A stretch of 64,000 nucleotides of DNA from an uncultured virus (IMG/VR IMGVR_UViG_3300027688_000004) (taxonomy: Duplodnaviria; Heunggongvirae; Uroviricota; Caudoviricetes): the IMG/VR virus record IMGVR_UViG_3300027688_000004; one strand, given 5' to 3'. A model generated the notes under the pieces. It saw only the letters and a list, made by a program, of their open reading frames with translations. It searched no databases and had not been told where the DNA came from. Below are positions 19,617 through 29,898 of this stretch, one piece after another (positions within the stretch are counted from its first letter, which is position 1; each line of letters begins with the position of its first letter). A program made the position numbers and the translations under genes.

Positions 19617-21691
19617 TGCTGGACTTTGAAACAAGATCTGCAGTATCCCTGAAGGACTCCAGCTACCGGCACTACGCATCCCATCCGACGACTGACATCC
19701 TCTGCATCGGTCTGAAGTGGGACGACCGGCCTGCAACAGTTCACGTCCCCGTCCCGGGTATATCCGGTGCGGTGCTAAACGGGAAGATCGGCTGTACTGA
19801 GATTCAGGAAGCGATCAAAGCGGGTTGCCCTATCGTGGCTCACAACGCCTTCTTCGAAAGGCGGATCTATTACCATATCTGCCATCTGCGGTTCGGCTGG
19901 CCAGCCATCCCGGACGCTCAGTGGATGGACACGATGGCGATCTGTGCGTACTACACCATCCCGATGAAGCTGGCGAAAGCTGCGAAGGCGTTGAACCTGT
20001 CCAACCTGAAGGACGAAAGTGCCGGACAGGAGGATGACGATGACGAGGAATCACCCAAGAAGGGAGGCCATATCGTCACACAGGTTTGCAAGCCCCGGAA
20101 CCCATCGAAGAAGGCGGTCGCTGACTGGAAGGGCGCGGCCCCGATGCCTCTAGTCTGGTGGGAGGACAGCGTTCGGCTTGAGAAGCTGTACGAGTACTGC
20201 AAGCAGGACGTGCGGACCCAAGCAGAACTGTTCGAGAAGTTAGGCCCTCTGCCGAAGGATCGGTGGCTGGACTGGCAGTTGGACCATCGCATCAACGAGA
20301 GGGGCGTACGCTGTGACTGGGGGGCCCTATTCGCTGCAAACATCGTGGTGAAGAACTCTCTCGCCACTTACAACGACCGGGTCCGGACGCTCACTGCCAG
20401 CCTGGCCTACCCGCACGGCATGGTCCAGACGGTCAACGAGCGGCAGAACATCCTTGACTGGTGTGAGCTGAAAGGTTTCCAGATACACTCTCTGCGGAAA
20501 GAGCATGTGGAGTTCGTACTCAAGCACTCCGAGATGCCGGACCCCGTTCGCGAGCTGTTGAGCCTTCGGCAGGCGGCCGGTAAGACCAGTCTCGGGAAGC
20601 TGATTAAGATGCTGAACTTGGCCGACACTGACTCCCGCCTTCGTGACAGTCTGGCATGGCACGGTGCGGCGACAGGACGATGGGCTGGTCGCGCGTGGCA
20701 ACCGCATAACCTGCCCCGGGAGTGCATGTCAGATGAGGAAGCGAAGGCGTTCCATGATGCCCTGAAGTCTGACGAAATTTATGCCTACCTGCAGAGCCGG
20801 AAGGACCGGGACGGCATGAGTACCCCGGACGTGGTGTCCTCAGCCCTCCGGTCATTCTTGATCGCGGAGCCGGGGAAAAGGCTACTTGTGTCGGACTTCA
20901 GCTCAATCGAGGCCCGGGTGTTAGCTTGGTTCGCCGGATGTAACACGATGCTCGATGCGTTCAAGGCGGAGAAGTGCGTCTATACTCAGTTCGCGTCCCG
21001 CGCGACAGGGAAAGCCGAAGCTGACATCACAAAGAAATCGAGGGATCGACAACTCGGCAAAGCCGCTGTGCTGGGGCTGGGGTATGGCATGGGTGGTGGG
21101 AAGTTCCGAGACACTGCGGAGGACCAGTACCGGGTTGTACTCACGCCAGAAGAAGCAGACATCATCAAAGTTCTGTACCGCAAGACGTACCCGGAGGTAC
21201 CGAAGCTCTGGTCGGCCCTCGAATCCGCTTTCTCGCAGGCAATCCTGAACCGAACCACGGTCACCTGTGGCAAGCTGTTGGTTGGATGCAACGGAGAGTG
21301 GGGATTCATCGTCCTGCCTTCGAAGCGGGCGATCTGGTACCGAGAGCCGATGGTGAAGAAAGTTCCAAACCCGTGGCGGGATGGTGCTACGATGAACGAG
21401 ATCAGTTCAATGGGTCAGAACATGACCAAGCAGTGGGTCCGGCAGTCCACATGGGGCGGAACGTTGGTTGAAAACATTTGTCAGGCGACAGCGGCCGACC
21501 TGTTGACGGAGTCCATCCGGCGAACAGAGAACGCGGGCTATGCCTGTGTCCTTAGTGTGCATGACGAAGTCATCGCGGAGAGTGAGAAAGATGAAGCCGA
21601 GTTTCACCGGCTGATGAAGATGACGCCTGCGTGGGGCATGGATCTTCCTCTGGATTGTGAGACGCATTCTTGTGAGAGGTATGGGAAGTGA
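19604..21691 (+). CDS. Phage family A DNA polymerase with 3'-5' exonuclease (APSE-like)
   Basis: ExoI DFET, AHNAxFE, YCxQD; motif A DFSSIEARV, motif B RQLGKAAVLGLGYG, motif C VHDE; GTG start at 19604 likely. Confidence 0.93.
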   Translation: MRYLVLDFETRSAVSLKDSSYRHYASHPTTDILCIGLKWDDRPATVHVPVPGISGAVLNGKIGCTEIQEAIKAGCPIVAHNAFFERRIYYHICHLRFGWPAIPDAQWMDTMAICAYYTIPMKLAKAAKALNLSNLKDESAGQEDDDDEESPKKGGHIVTQVCKPRNPSKKAVADWKGAAPMPLVWWEDSVRLEKLYEYCKQDVRTQAELFEKLGPLPKDRWLDWQLDHRINERGVRCDWGALFAANIVVKNSLATYNDRVRTLTASLAYPHGMVQTVNERQNILDWCELKGFQIHSLRKEHVEFVLKHSEMPDPVRELLSLRQAAGKTSLGKLIKMLNLADTDSRLRDSLAWHGAATGRWAGRAWQPHNLPRECMSDEEAKAFHDALKSDEIYAYLQSRKDRDGMSTPDVVSSALRSFLIAEPGKRLLVSDFSSIEARVLAWFAGCNTMLDAFKAEKCVYTQFASRATGKAEADITKKSRDRQLGKAAVLGLGYGMGGGKFRDTAEDQYRVVLTPEEADIIKVLYRKTYPEVPKLWSALESAFSQAILNRTTVTCGKLLVGCNGEWGFIVLPSKRAIWYREPMVKKVPNPWRDGATMNEISSMGQNMTKQWVRQSTWGGTLVENICQATAADLLTESIRRTENAGYACVLSVHDEVIAESEKDEAEFHRLMKMTPAWGMDLPLDCETHSCERYGK

Positions 21692-21728
21692 GCATTGAGT
21701 ATGGGTACTTTGAAGCAGAGGAAATGAC

Positions 21729-22010
21729 ATGACACACCACGATCGCGAACTTGCGATGAAGGACCGAGAGATCCAGACGTTGCAACAGATCATCGAATCA
21801 TTAAAAGTGGATAACGCACTACAGGCGGACGTAATTCAAGGTTTTCTGTCGTGTCGAATGCACGCTGCTTTCGACATCCGTACCCAGCAGCACATGCTCA
21901 GCCTGATGTTCGATGAGAAGGCTTTGGTGTGCGGCCGGAGGGTGGCTGAGTCTGTTGGGGCGAGGGTCGCCTACCAACTGGACAAATACATTAAAAAGTT
22001 AGGGAAGTAA
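21729..22010 (+). CDS. Hypothetical protein
   Basis: RBS GAGG; coupled to the next gene. Confidence 0.6.
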   Translation: MTHHDRELAMKDREIQTLQQIIESLKVDNALQADVIQGFLSCRMHAAFDIRTQQHMLSLMFDEKALVCGRRVAESVGARVAYQLDKYIKKLGK

Positions 22011-22294
22011 TGGCTGGACCTGAAAACAGAATCGAATCCGCCTTCGTCACTTGGTGCCGGGAGAAGCACGGGATCGATTGTCGGAAGCTGAAGGATGCCG
22101 GGAAGAACTTCTTCCCGGACAGGTCCATCATCCTGCCCGGCGGGAGGATCGTCTGCATTGAGTTCAAGTCCCCAGACGGACATCTCAGTAAAGGGCAGGA
22201 ACGTTGTATCGAGGAGTTGCGGGGGCTCGGTGTCCCCGTGTTGGTTACATGTGACAAGGAGGAGGCTATCCGATGGTTGCTGGAGCAGATGTAA
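22010..22294 (+). CDS. VRR-NUC domain nuclease
   Basis: ExxIE...PDR...IEFK.P.G.LS..Q. Confidence 0.85.
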   Translation: MAGPENRIESAFVTWCREKHGIDCRKLKDAGKNFFPDRSIILPGGRIVCIEFKSPDGHLSKGQERCIEELRGLGVPVLVTCDKEEAIRWLLEQM

Positions 22295-23718
22295 AAGCAC
22301 CGAAGCTGTGGGTCCCACATACTTATCAGGACTCTGCAGTGCAGTTCCTGCATGAACGGACGAGTCTGAACAGGGAAGGCGCAGGGGGCGGGGCTCTCTT
22401 TCTGGACCCGGGGATGGGCAAGTCCAGCATCCTCCTTCAGTGGATGAAGGAGATGAAGTACTTCGGGATGGCCAGCCGCTTTCTGGTGATAGCCCCGTTG
22501 CGAGTTGTGTATAACGTCTGGCCGGACGAAGTGCAGGGCTGGACCAACTTCAGGGACCTCAGCTACAGCATCGTCCACGGCACAGAGTCTGTCCGGAAGA
22601 AGCGGCTCGCGCTGCCTACCACCATGCACCTGATCAACCGGGATGCAGTGACGTGGCTGGCGAAGCTGGTCGAGGGTCGGAAGAACCTGCCTTGGCAGGC
22701 AATCGTAATCGACGAAAGCACCAGCTTCAAAAACTGGGGTGCGGCTCGGTCAAAGGCTCTGCGGAAGCTGATCGATCGAATTCCGTACCGAGTGATTATG
22801 ACCGGGACCCCAGCACCTCGGAACCTAGCCGACCTGTTTCCTCAGGTCTGGCTGCTGGACCAAGGGAAGGCTCTTGGTGAGAACATCACCCGCTTTCGGG
22901 AGCATTACTGTATGCAGATCGGCGCGAGGGAGCAGAACAACTATCAGGTCCGGGACGACCGGGCAGACGCTATCCACCAGCGGATCAGTCACCTGACCCT
23001 CCGGCTGGACGCAAAAGACTACCTGTCCATGCCGGACATCACATACCATCAGGTAATGATCGATCTGCCGCCTGTCGCGAAGGCAGAATACGATCAGATG
23101 GAGAAGGATATGTTCCTAGCCCTCGCAGATGGCTCAGGAAGGGCTGCGGTCAACGCAGGCGCAAAGTATCAGGCTTGTAAACAGATCTCCAACGGCGGAA
23201 TCTATGGGCACGACAGGAGCATCCATGACTTGCACGAGGCAAAGACAGAAGCCTGCTTGGAAATCATTGACGAGCTGGGCGGAAAGCCAGTCCTCATCGC
23301 GTACCAGTACGAACATGACCTGCGCCGCCTGAAACGGGCAATCAAGGGCCTGCATGTGATCAAAGGTGGGATGAAGTCGGACGCAGTAACGCGGATCATC
23401 CAGGCATGGAACGAGGACAAGCTGGACCCGCCTTATCTGGCAGTCCAGCCTCAGGCCCTGTCATACGGGGTCAACGCTCAGCATGGGTCATGCCGGGACA
23501 TCATCTGGTACGGCCCATCCGATAACCTGGACACGGTGCTGCAGTTTGACTGCCGCATCCATCGACAGGGTATCGGATCGGGCGTACGGGTTCACCGGTT
23601 GTGCTGTAAGGGCACGATTGATGAAGTGATCTGGAGAAGGATAGATAAAAAGGAGGACGTGCAGTCAACTCTACTGCAGGTCCTCCGGGAATACGCTCAG
23701 GAGAAGCTGGGGCGTTAA
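22273..23718 (+). CDS. SNF2-family helicase
   Basis: DPGMGKS, IDES, TGTP, RIHRQG motifs. Confidence 0.9.
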   Translation: MVAGADVKAPKLWVPHTYQDSAVQFLHERTSLNREGAGGGALFLDPGMGKSSILLQWMKEMKYFGMASRFLVIAPLRVVYNVWPDEVQGWTNFRDLSYSIVHGTESVRKKRLALPTTMHLINRDAVTWLAKLVEGRKNLPWQAIVIDESTSFKNWGAARSKALRKLIDRIPYRVIMTGTPAPRNLADLFPQVWLLDQGKALGENITRFREHYCMQIGAREQNNYQVRDDRADAIHQRISHLTLRLDAKDYLSMPDITYHQVMIDLPPVAKAEYDQMEKDMFLALADGSGRAAVNAGAKYQACKQISNGGIYGHDRSIHDLHEAKTEACLEIIDELGGKPVLIAYQYEHDLRRLKRAIKGLHVIKGGMKSDAVTRIIQAWNEDKLDPPYLAVQPQALSYGVNAQHGSCRDIIWYGPSDNLDTVLQFDCRIHRQGIGSGVRVHRLCCKGTIDEVIWRRIDKKEDVQSTLLQVLREYAQEKLGR

Positions 23719-23915
23719 TCTAAGAAACAGACTTCGACAACGCCAATGTCACGCCAAGGGTGAAGAAGGATCATCCCTTCTATCTCCACGGCTATACCAA
23801 CCCCGTCCGCTGCGATCAGGCTGAAGGTTTGTGTCACGCACCGAATATCAACCCATGACACTTTCAACACAAAGGCTCGGTCCCCGCCAAGAAGCCTGTT
23901 CAGGTACTCACTCAT
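23715..23915 (-). CDS. Hypothetical protein, last gene of the minus-strand array
   Basis: Coupled to 23912..24139; converges with the helicase gene. Confidence 0.55.
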   Translation of the reverse strand: MSEYLNRLLGGDRAFVLKVSWVDIRCVTQTFSLIAADGVGIAVEIEGMILLHPWRDIGVVEVCFLD

Positions 23916-24139
23916 ATCTCCAACTCCTCTAAGTCTGTGGAATAGACCCGGTTCAGCGGGTCATCGTTCGGAGCTACGGTCAGCCGTACTCCGCCGTTCG
24001 TGTGGCACAAGCCGACGATCTTCACCATCGTTCCTGTGCTGTAGTCGAAATGATCTTCCTCCGTCAGCTTTGCAAACTGCCGTAGGACGGAGGCCATTCG
24101 GGTTCTCCAGCTACGCTGCTGATCATTAGTCTCGGTCAT
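23912..24139 (-). CDS. Hypothetical protein
   Basis: Overlapping, coupled ORF. Confidence 0.55.
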   Translation of the reverse strand: MTETNDQQRSWRTRMASVLRQFAKLTEEDHFDYSTGTMVKIVGLCHTNGGVRLTVAPNDDPLNRVYSTDLEELEI

Positions 24140-24452
24140 ACATCTCCTCTATCGGAAAACCACCTGAGAACTCAGGTGGGTAAAGTGGTCTGCCCTCCTC
24201 GTCCACGTTGGACCAAGAGAACCTCATCGCCCTCATCTTAACTGCGGTCTCATCAGACACTCTCCGACTGCGGGAGTAGTACAACGGCAGTCCGTCCTCC
24301 CAGATCTCGGTGCGGGTGAACCACTCACCCGAGGTCCGCAGTAGCTTCACTTGGTGACGGTATCGACAGCCTTGACTATCAATGGTTGACCAGAAGGTGG
24401 TCCACTGTCGGGGGTCGTGCGCTGTCTTGCTGACTGGGTTAAGTCTGGCCAT
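24126..24452 (-). CDS. Hypothetical protein
   Basis: RBS GGAG; overlapping ORF. Confidence 0.6.
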   Translation of the reverse strand: MARLNPVSKTAHDPRQWTTFWSTIDSQGCRYRHQVKLLRTSGEWFTRTEIWEDGLPLYYSRSRRVSDETAVKMRAMRFSWSNVDEEGRPLYPPEFSGGFPIEEMYDRD

Positions 24453-24478
24453 TCAGTTGTTCTCCGCTGAATTCTTGA

Positions 24479-24664
24479 TCATGGTTTTCTCCCCATCTTC
24501 TTGTACGCCTCTTCAATATCTTCCGCCAGTTTTGCTGACTCACGTTTGTCAGACTTGGCCAAGGCGCAGTCCGTAATTGCCCACCCAATGAAAACAATTA
24601 CCATCGCTAGGGCAATCCCCGGGATGAGCGGGGTTGGAAGTGAGGCCAGTTCATTCAGCAACAT
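24479..24664 (-). CDS. Small membrane protein
   Basis: Start MLLNE after AAGGAG; TM segment IPGIALAMVIVFIGWAI. Confidence 0.6.
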   Translation of the reverse strand: MLLNELASLPTPLIPGIALAMVIVFIGWAITDCALAKSDKRESAKLAEDIEEAYKKMGRKP

Positions 24665-24962
24665 TTGGTCTCTCCTTCCGTACGAGGGTGACCCCATCGA
24701 GGAATTCGATACGGGTCTGGTCCTTGAAGTCGATGTACCACCCGCCGCGCACAGCATAGACGCTGTACCCCAGGTTGAATTCCTGGGATGTCTGGTTCAT
24801 CCGCTTCTTCGTGGTGACCGTCATCCAGCCGCCGCTGTCCAGGATAATCTCAAACGGATTCCACCGGACGACCACAGTCTTGTGGTACTTCACACAGGTG
24901 TATCGGTCTGCATCCTCGAAGATGTCCGTACAGACACCTCCTGCCAACATTCCTCTCGTCAT
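24651..24962 (-). CDS. Hypothetical phage protein
   Basis: Preceded by leader repeat and RBS AAGGAGG. Confidence 0.75.
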   Translation of the reverse strand: MTRGMLAGGVCTDIFEDADRYTCVKYHKTVVVRWNPFEIILDSGGWMTVTTKKRMNQTSQEFNLGYSVYAVRGGWYIDFKDQTRIEFLDGVTLVRKERPNVAE

Positions 24963-25043
24963 CTCATCCTCCTTCTAAAGTTGTGAAGAACACGATCGAG
25001 GACCACCGCAGTGGTCCTCTGTCACACTCTCCGCTGCGGACTG

Positions 25044-25334
25044 TCAGTCCTTCCACTCCTCGAACCGCTTCATCGCCTGCAGTTCATCATCTTCATCGCT
25101 ACCCCAGCGGCAGTTCAGTGCCTGTTCGAGCTTGATCCCGCAGTACTCTTTGGCGTCTTCAACAGAGTCGAATGACTCCAGCACGTCAGAAGGGCTAAAG
25201 CACTCGACGATTGTATCTCCGCCCGCATCATAGTTTGCTTCGCAAGCGGCGTAGATATTATCGACCAGCTCGACCTGCTTGCGAGTCAACTCCGACAGGT
25301 CATCCACATACAACTTAATCGTGTCCGACTTCAT
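25044..25334 (-). CDS. Small acidic hypothetical protein
   Basis: RBS AGGAGGAG; TGA stop lies inside the repeat element. Confidence 0.75.
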   Translation of the reverse strand: MKSDTIKLYVDDLSELTRKQVELVDNIYAACEANYDAGGDTIVECFSPSDVLESFDSVEDAKEYCGIKLEQALNCRWGSDEDDELQAMKRFEEWKD

Positions 25335-25563
25335 TTGTTCTCCTCCTGTGAAAGTGTAAAAAGTCTCGGATACTTAGGCGATGACGAACCTTAAACCCAG
25401 TATCCCCGCTCGATGACCACTGGCTTAGAGACGATAGACCAGCGAAACTGCTTCTACCAAGTGCCCCCTCATTGTTGTGAGAGAGCGTAGACGCCATGCG
25501 GCTCTGACGGATACCGGATCGATTTGAGGAACCACCCTCAGGACGATGCAATCCTTTTTGATC

Positions 25564-25812
25564 TTAGAAGTCCAGCTCACCATCAAAGGCTTCCGCTTCG
25601 TCTTCTTCATCAGAGGGAAACGCCTCGTCTTGACAGGCTTGGCACATCCCGCTGATCGTATACTCCTTCCGCGACAGACTGTCAGAAAATACAGCTGCAG
25701 GACCTGAACACCAAGCACAGGTGTCGCTTCGAATTGACTCTTGTCGGTTGCTGCCCGAGATGGCGTTTATCTTTGCCTCGACTTCTGGTGACTTCTGTGT
25801 TGGCTTAGCCAT
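25564..25812 (-). CDS. Small Zn-ribbon-like protein with acidic tail
   Basis: CAWC...CQAC. Confidence 0.7.
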   Translation of the reverse strand: MAKPTQKSPEVEAKINAISGSNRQESIRSDTCAWCSGPAAVFSDSLSRKEYTISGMCQACQDEAFPSDEEDEAEAFDGELDF

Positions 25813-25981
25813 TGACGTTCCCCTTTAGGTGACGGGTTATGTAACACTTCGCAGCGTGAACGGACTTGACGGTAGTGGTGACATGGTCCGGAGACATGAC
25901 CCGGGTACATTCAGATAATCCGTAGTACCGGGACTGCATCGTATAGTGGATCCACCACCCCTTGTACTCGATTGTGATCAT
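25805..25981 (-). CDS. Hypothetical protein
   Basis: Start MITIEYK after AGGAG. Confidence 0.6.
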   Translation of the reverse strand: MITIEYKGWWIHYTMQSRYYGLSECTRVMSPDHVTTTVKSVHAAKCYITRHLKGNVNG

Positions 25982-26307
25982 CTGCTTTCTCCTGTAGCTT
26001 TGGCGATTGCCTGTCGTGCTCGGCATATCGCACAATCATGTGGCAGGCTGTGACCAGCTTTGCAAGTGCATGGTGGTGCGTTGAGAATAAAGCCAGTTTG
26101 CATGATGGCTTTCAGTGCCCCCAGCAATTCCGGCGCGGCAGCAAACAGGACTGCATCAGCCTCCTTCGGACAGAGTGCCACGAGGTCTCCGTTGAAAAAC
26201 CCATTAACGGTTCGTGGTGAATAGATACCGAACTGTTCTGGCTCATTTTCGATGAATGTACGGGCCACTTTTAACACATGGAGTGGCTTCGGTGACTGTT
26301 CAGTCAT
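25978..26307 (-). CDS. Hypothetical phage protein (AAAPELL motif)
   Basis: LFAAAPELLGALK...ARQAIAKATG, a common small phage protein motif; start MTEQ after AAGGAG. Confidence 0.75.
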   Translation of the reverse strand: MTEQSPKPLHVLKVARTFIENEPEQFGIYSPRTVNGFFNGDLVALCPKEADAVLFAAAPELLGALKAIMQTGFILNAPPCTCKAGHSLPHDCAICRARQAIAKATGESR

Positions 26308-26377
26308 TGTATTTCTCCTTCCAGGCGACACTGCCTGATCGAAGACCGGCGACTCTCCGGTCCTCTGTCTGAAAGTG

Positions 26378-27337
26378 TCAACCACCCGACATCTTCCGCA
26401 TGATACTCTTCGTCGGGCTATCCTGCCCTTTGTACAGCCCAGCAGTAGAGTCTCCCTTCATAAAGTCCCAGCCGGTACTGCCGATTGCGTTCTGCGCGGC
26501 GTCCAGCTTGAATCCTCCGAACGTATGAACGTCAGTCATTCCCTCGTTCAGTTTCTGCAACAGGTCGATCTTGCTGTTGCTCATGTCCTGCCAGAGATGG
26601 GCACAGAGGCCTGCTGACATCAGCTCCTTCGCCTTCCAGACGGGTTCAATCTCTTCTTCCGGGTCCACACCCAAACTACTGCAAACCTCCTTCCATCCGG
26701 CTTCTCCGGCCATGCCGATGTTCACTGCACAGATCGACCCGTGGTACCGGTACTCCGGGTTCCGCTCATGTTCCTCCATGTACTGGATCCGGACAAAGAG
26801 CCAGGTGTTATCGGCCGGAGGGTCATGGGTCGGCAGTTTTGTATCACAAACCCAGAGGTGCTCGTAATCCCCGTCCTCCAGCTCCGCACAGGCCGTCAGA
26901 GCCGTTTGAAACTTCGTTCTGAGTTCATCGTCGTCTAGGAACTCAGACGATCCTACGAGGTTGCCACAACCATCGCAGTCAGACGGGCCTTGCCGCTTGT
27001 ACTCGAAGGACCCGCAGCTTCGGCAGATTACCTTCCCTGCCTTCGCACAGTAGTCTTGGTTGATCTGATTGACCAGATCCTGTATTTCACCCAGCATGAT
27101 GTTGCCGTCAAGGACGGCGATCGTGCGAGGTTCATCCGGTAAACCGTGTTTGACGTAGTGCAGACAGTCCCCGTCCCGTACACCAATTTCCCCGATGAGA
27201 GCACCGACTGCGTCCGCACTTTCATCCGGGACCAGCAGGTAAGCTGCTTCCCAAGCAAGGGGGAAGTCTTTTTCATCTGGATGATCCGCCGCGTACTGCT
27301 TCATCTCTATGGCGGCTTCCACCATGTCCGTTTTCAT
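26378..27337 (-). CDS. Hypothetical protein with Zn ribbon
   Basis: CRSC...CDGC; start MKTD after AAGGAG and leader hairpin. Confidence 0.75.
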   Translation of the reverse strand: MKTDMVEAAIEMKQYAADHPDEKDFPLAWEAAYLLVPDESADAVGALIGEIGVRDGDCLHYVKHGLPDEPRTIAVLDGNIMLGEIQDLVNQINQDYCAKAGKVICRSCGSFEYKRQGPSDCDGCGNLVGSSEFLDDDELRTKFQTALTACAELEDGDYEHLWVCDTKLPTHDPPADNTWLFVRIQYMEEHERNPEYRYHGSICAVNIGMAGEAGWKEVCSSLGVDPEEEIEPVWKAKELMSAGLCAHLWQDMSNSKIDLLQKLNEGMTDVHTFGGFKLDAAQNAIGSTGWDFMKGDSTAGLYKGQDSPTKSIMRKMSGG

Positions 27338-27409
27338 TAGTCTTCTCCTTCTGTTGAAACTTAATAACCACAACACCGACCATCCGCAGATGGCCGGACT
27401 TGTGACTAC

Positions 27410-27781
27410 TCAGCGTGCCGGGCAGCCCATTGATTGTATCTCGACAGTACAACGGGTATGTGCAACGTGCTCACGGATCATGATAAGTTCTGGCTCTGTT
27501 CGGTCTTTTAGTACCTCAGCGATGACTGCTGCCTCCTCTGTGATCCTGGTGCCTATTAAGCCGCGATCTCTTGACCTCTTGTCAGGCTTCCCTGATCTGG
27601 TTTTGTCTCTGCCGCGAAACTGGATTCGAGCGTAGAACTGGTCTTCATCCTCCGGAACCTCACCGTAGTCATTGAATTCCACGTTGATCACTTCACAGAA
27701 TCCCCTCTGTATTTCCAGAGGAGGGTCAAAGAACACGCTGAATGAAACTGTTTTTACTATGTCGGTGATTGTGTTTTTCAT
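27410..27781 (-). CDS. Hypothetical protein
   Basis: RBS GGGAG. Confidence 0.65.
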   Translation of the reverse strand: MKNTITDIVKTVSFSVFFDPPLEIQRGFCEVINVEFNDYGEVPEDEDQFYARIQFRGRDKTRSGKPDKRSRDRGLIGTRITEEAAVIAEVLKDRTEPELIMIREHVAHTRCTVEIQSMGCPAR

Positions 27782-27853
27782 GTCTCTCTCCTACTCGTTG
27801 TTGATAGTACCCAACAATCCCCGTGCCGATCTCGCGGGGAAAGCAGGGGGCTT

Positions 27854-28270
27854 TCACAGAATCACACCCTCACCTTCGCATTTAGTGCAGTTGGGGTTTA
27901 TCGGCCAACCGCCGAATTCCAATTCTTCACCATCGTCGTTGCAGCATCCATCAGTCCAGCAGTGCTCGCATCCATGAGTGTTGTCCCATGTTTGCTTTCC
28001 GTCCGAGTCAGCGTCTTCTAAAGCCTGCCACCATTGATCCTTAGTGAACGGAAATTTTAGTTTATACGACCGATGCGCTACGTCACTTCCCTCGCAGTAT
28101 CCCCTGACAGTTACACAACCATCACCGTGATGGAAGCTGCATCCGCATTCGGTGTATTTGAAAACGCCGCAAGACACTTCGCTTTCAGCGTCTTTAGCGT
28201 CTATCCCCTCATCAGCGTCGTAGCATTTCACAGCAAGCTCCTGAATGCTGTGAATTAGTTCCTGTGCCAT
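27854..28270 (-). CDS. Acidic Cys-rich hypothetical protein
   Basis: Start MAQEL after GGAG and leader; CEHC and CTKCEGEG. Confidence 0.7.
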   Translation of the reverse strand: MAQELIHSIQELAVKCYDADEGIDAKDAESEVSCGVFKYTECGCSFHHGDGCVTVRGYCEGSDVAHRSYKLKFPFTKDQWWQALEDADSDGKQTWDNTHGCEHCWTDGCCNDDGEELEFGGWPINPNCTKCEGEGVIL

Positions 28271-28349
28271 TGTGATTCTCCAAATAGTGGTTTTGAAAGT
28301 TGTTAAGAACACAATCAGCAGATCACCGCAGTGAACTGCCGTTCTGGTC

Positions 28350-28982
28350 TCACCACTCTCTCCGGCCCTGACTGTCAAACTCATAGTCATTGGCGATTAT
28401 ACTTTCTCCCACTGCTTCATCACTGGTCAGGTACTCGTGCTCTTTTTCCAGATGCTGATACATCCAGTACATGAAGTCCCGCAGATATTCCTTCAGATCC
28501 TCGTCAGACGCATCTTCGTTGAACCCGTCTGTCTCGATCTCAGTACAGCCGGGATGGCTGTAGCGACCACGATGTTCTACTCGGGCAGTCAGTCGGTAGA
28601 AGTGAGCCTTCTGGAGTCGAGCCAAGTCGTCCGCAATACGATGCAGACCAGTGTCCATCGGAAACTCTTTCCGAACCGCTTTGGAGCTACCTTTCCTGTA
28701 CTCATATCGACCTTCGAAACAGGCTCCATCCCCCTGACTGGAAAAGCCGCTGAAGAAGATGCGAGGCTGACCCTCGATTGGTTCACCTTTCATGTTCTTC
28801 GCGGGTCGGTTGCTGATGTCAATACCGATCAGTTCCGCAGCAGTATTGATCCACTCGTAGGAGGATTCCCACCAGTCATGATCAAGATAGTTTCCATTCC
28901 CTCGATACCAGTCCCTGGCTCTTTCTTTTCCAAACTCGTCCAGCTCCTCATACTTGAAGACCTGGGTCTCCTTGGTTCTCAT
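28350..28982 (-). CDS. Conserved mobile-element protein (family often auto-annotated 'antitoxin of toxin-antitoxin stability system'; function unknown)
   Basis: F.YEEL....KERARDWYR, FSGFSSQGDGACFEG, YxxLEKEHEYLTSDEAV...IIANDYEF; recognised from memory. Confidence 0.7.
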   Translation of the reverse strand: MRTKETQVFKYEELDEFGKERARDWYRGNGNYLDHDWWESSYEWINTAAELIGIDISNRPAKNMKGEPIEGQPRIFFSGFSSQGDGACFEGRYEYRKGSSKAVRKEFPMDTGLHRIADDLARLQKAHFYRLTARVEHRGRYSHPGCTEIETDGFNEDASDEDLKEYLRDFMYWMYQHLEKEHEYLTSDEAVGESIIANDYEFDSQGRREW

Positions 28983-29065
28983 CGTCTTTCTCCTTCTAAA
29001 GTAAACCAAGTAAGTAAACACGAAAGAGAGTCACCGCAGTGACCCTCCATCCAGCTCACTCTGGC

Positions 29066-29623
29066 TCACTCTGGCTCAACCAGCGTATCGTCCGATACCC
29101 GATAAACCGGATACGGGGCAACCCCACTCTCAAACCAGTCGTGACCGAGGCAGTATGTCTTTGGTCCACCAGCACAGAATGTGTCCAGATTACCGGCACC
29201 CGGGACACATGGAGAGCAGAACTGAGCATAGGTGTAGTAAGGTGATTTGAAGACCCACAGGTTGTTATCTGAGGTGGTCTGAACGCTGTATCCGTCTTCA
29301 AACCAAGCGAAAGGCCCCGCTTCCTGAGCATCGCCCCACTCAATATCTCCGCTGTCCAGAACGGCCTGAGCGATCTCCTCAGCCGTTCGAGGATCGATGG
29401 ACCCATAGCACTCGATTGCCCTTTCAATGGCGGAGGCTAAACCTCCTTTCACCTCACTCCGCATTTCTGAAAAGCCCAGGTCCTCACCGTTTTCGTAGAT
29501 GGCATTGATTGCCTCTTGCTCGATGCTGTGCTGGCAGATCATGCCATACCGAATACCGGTCTCCCCATCTCGATTCACCGTACTCCCGGGGCTGGAGTAA
29601 TCTATCCCCGCATAGTCTGTCAT
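29066..29623 (-). CDS. Hypothetical phage protein
   Basis: Start MTDY after AAGGAG and leader; CSPCVPGAG motif. Confidence 0.75.
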   Translation of the reverse strand: MTDYAGIDYSSPGSTVNRDGETGIRYGMICQHSIEQEAINAIYENGEDLGFSEMRSEVKGGLASAIERAIECYGSIDPRTAEEIAQAVLDSGDIEWGDAQEAGPFAWFEDGYSVQTTSDNNLWVFKSPYYTYAQFCSPCVPGAGNLDTFCAGGPKTYCLGHDWFESGVAPYPVYRVSDDTLVEPE

Positions 29624-29898
29624 CGCTCTCTCCTTCAGAAGTTGTAAAGAACACAATCAGCAGCTCGTCGCAACGAACTGCCGTTCTGGTCTCTATACCC
29701 TCCCGCAGGTCACTTACGGCCTGTGTCACTCGGGAGCGGCCCATGATCTTGTAGGCTTTGCCCATCACAACACCCGATCATGGCAGGCTGTGAGCTTGGC
29801 TGACCTTGCCCATCGGTTTTTCTCTCCTTCTGCAGCTTTCGCGGCGGATGTAAAGAACACAATCAGCAGCTCGTCGCAACGAACTGCCGTTCTGGCCT

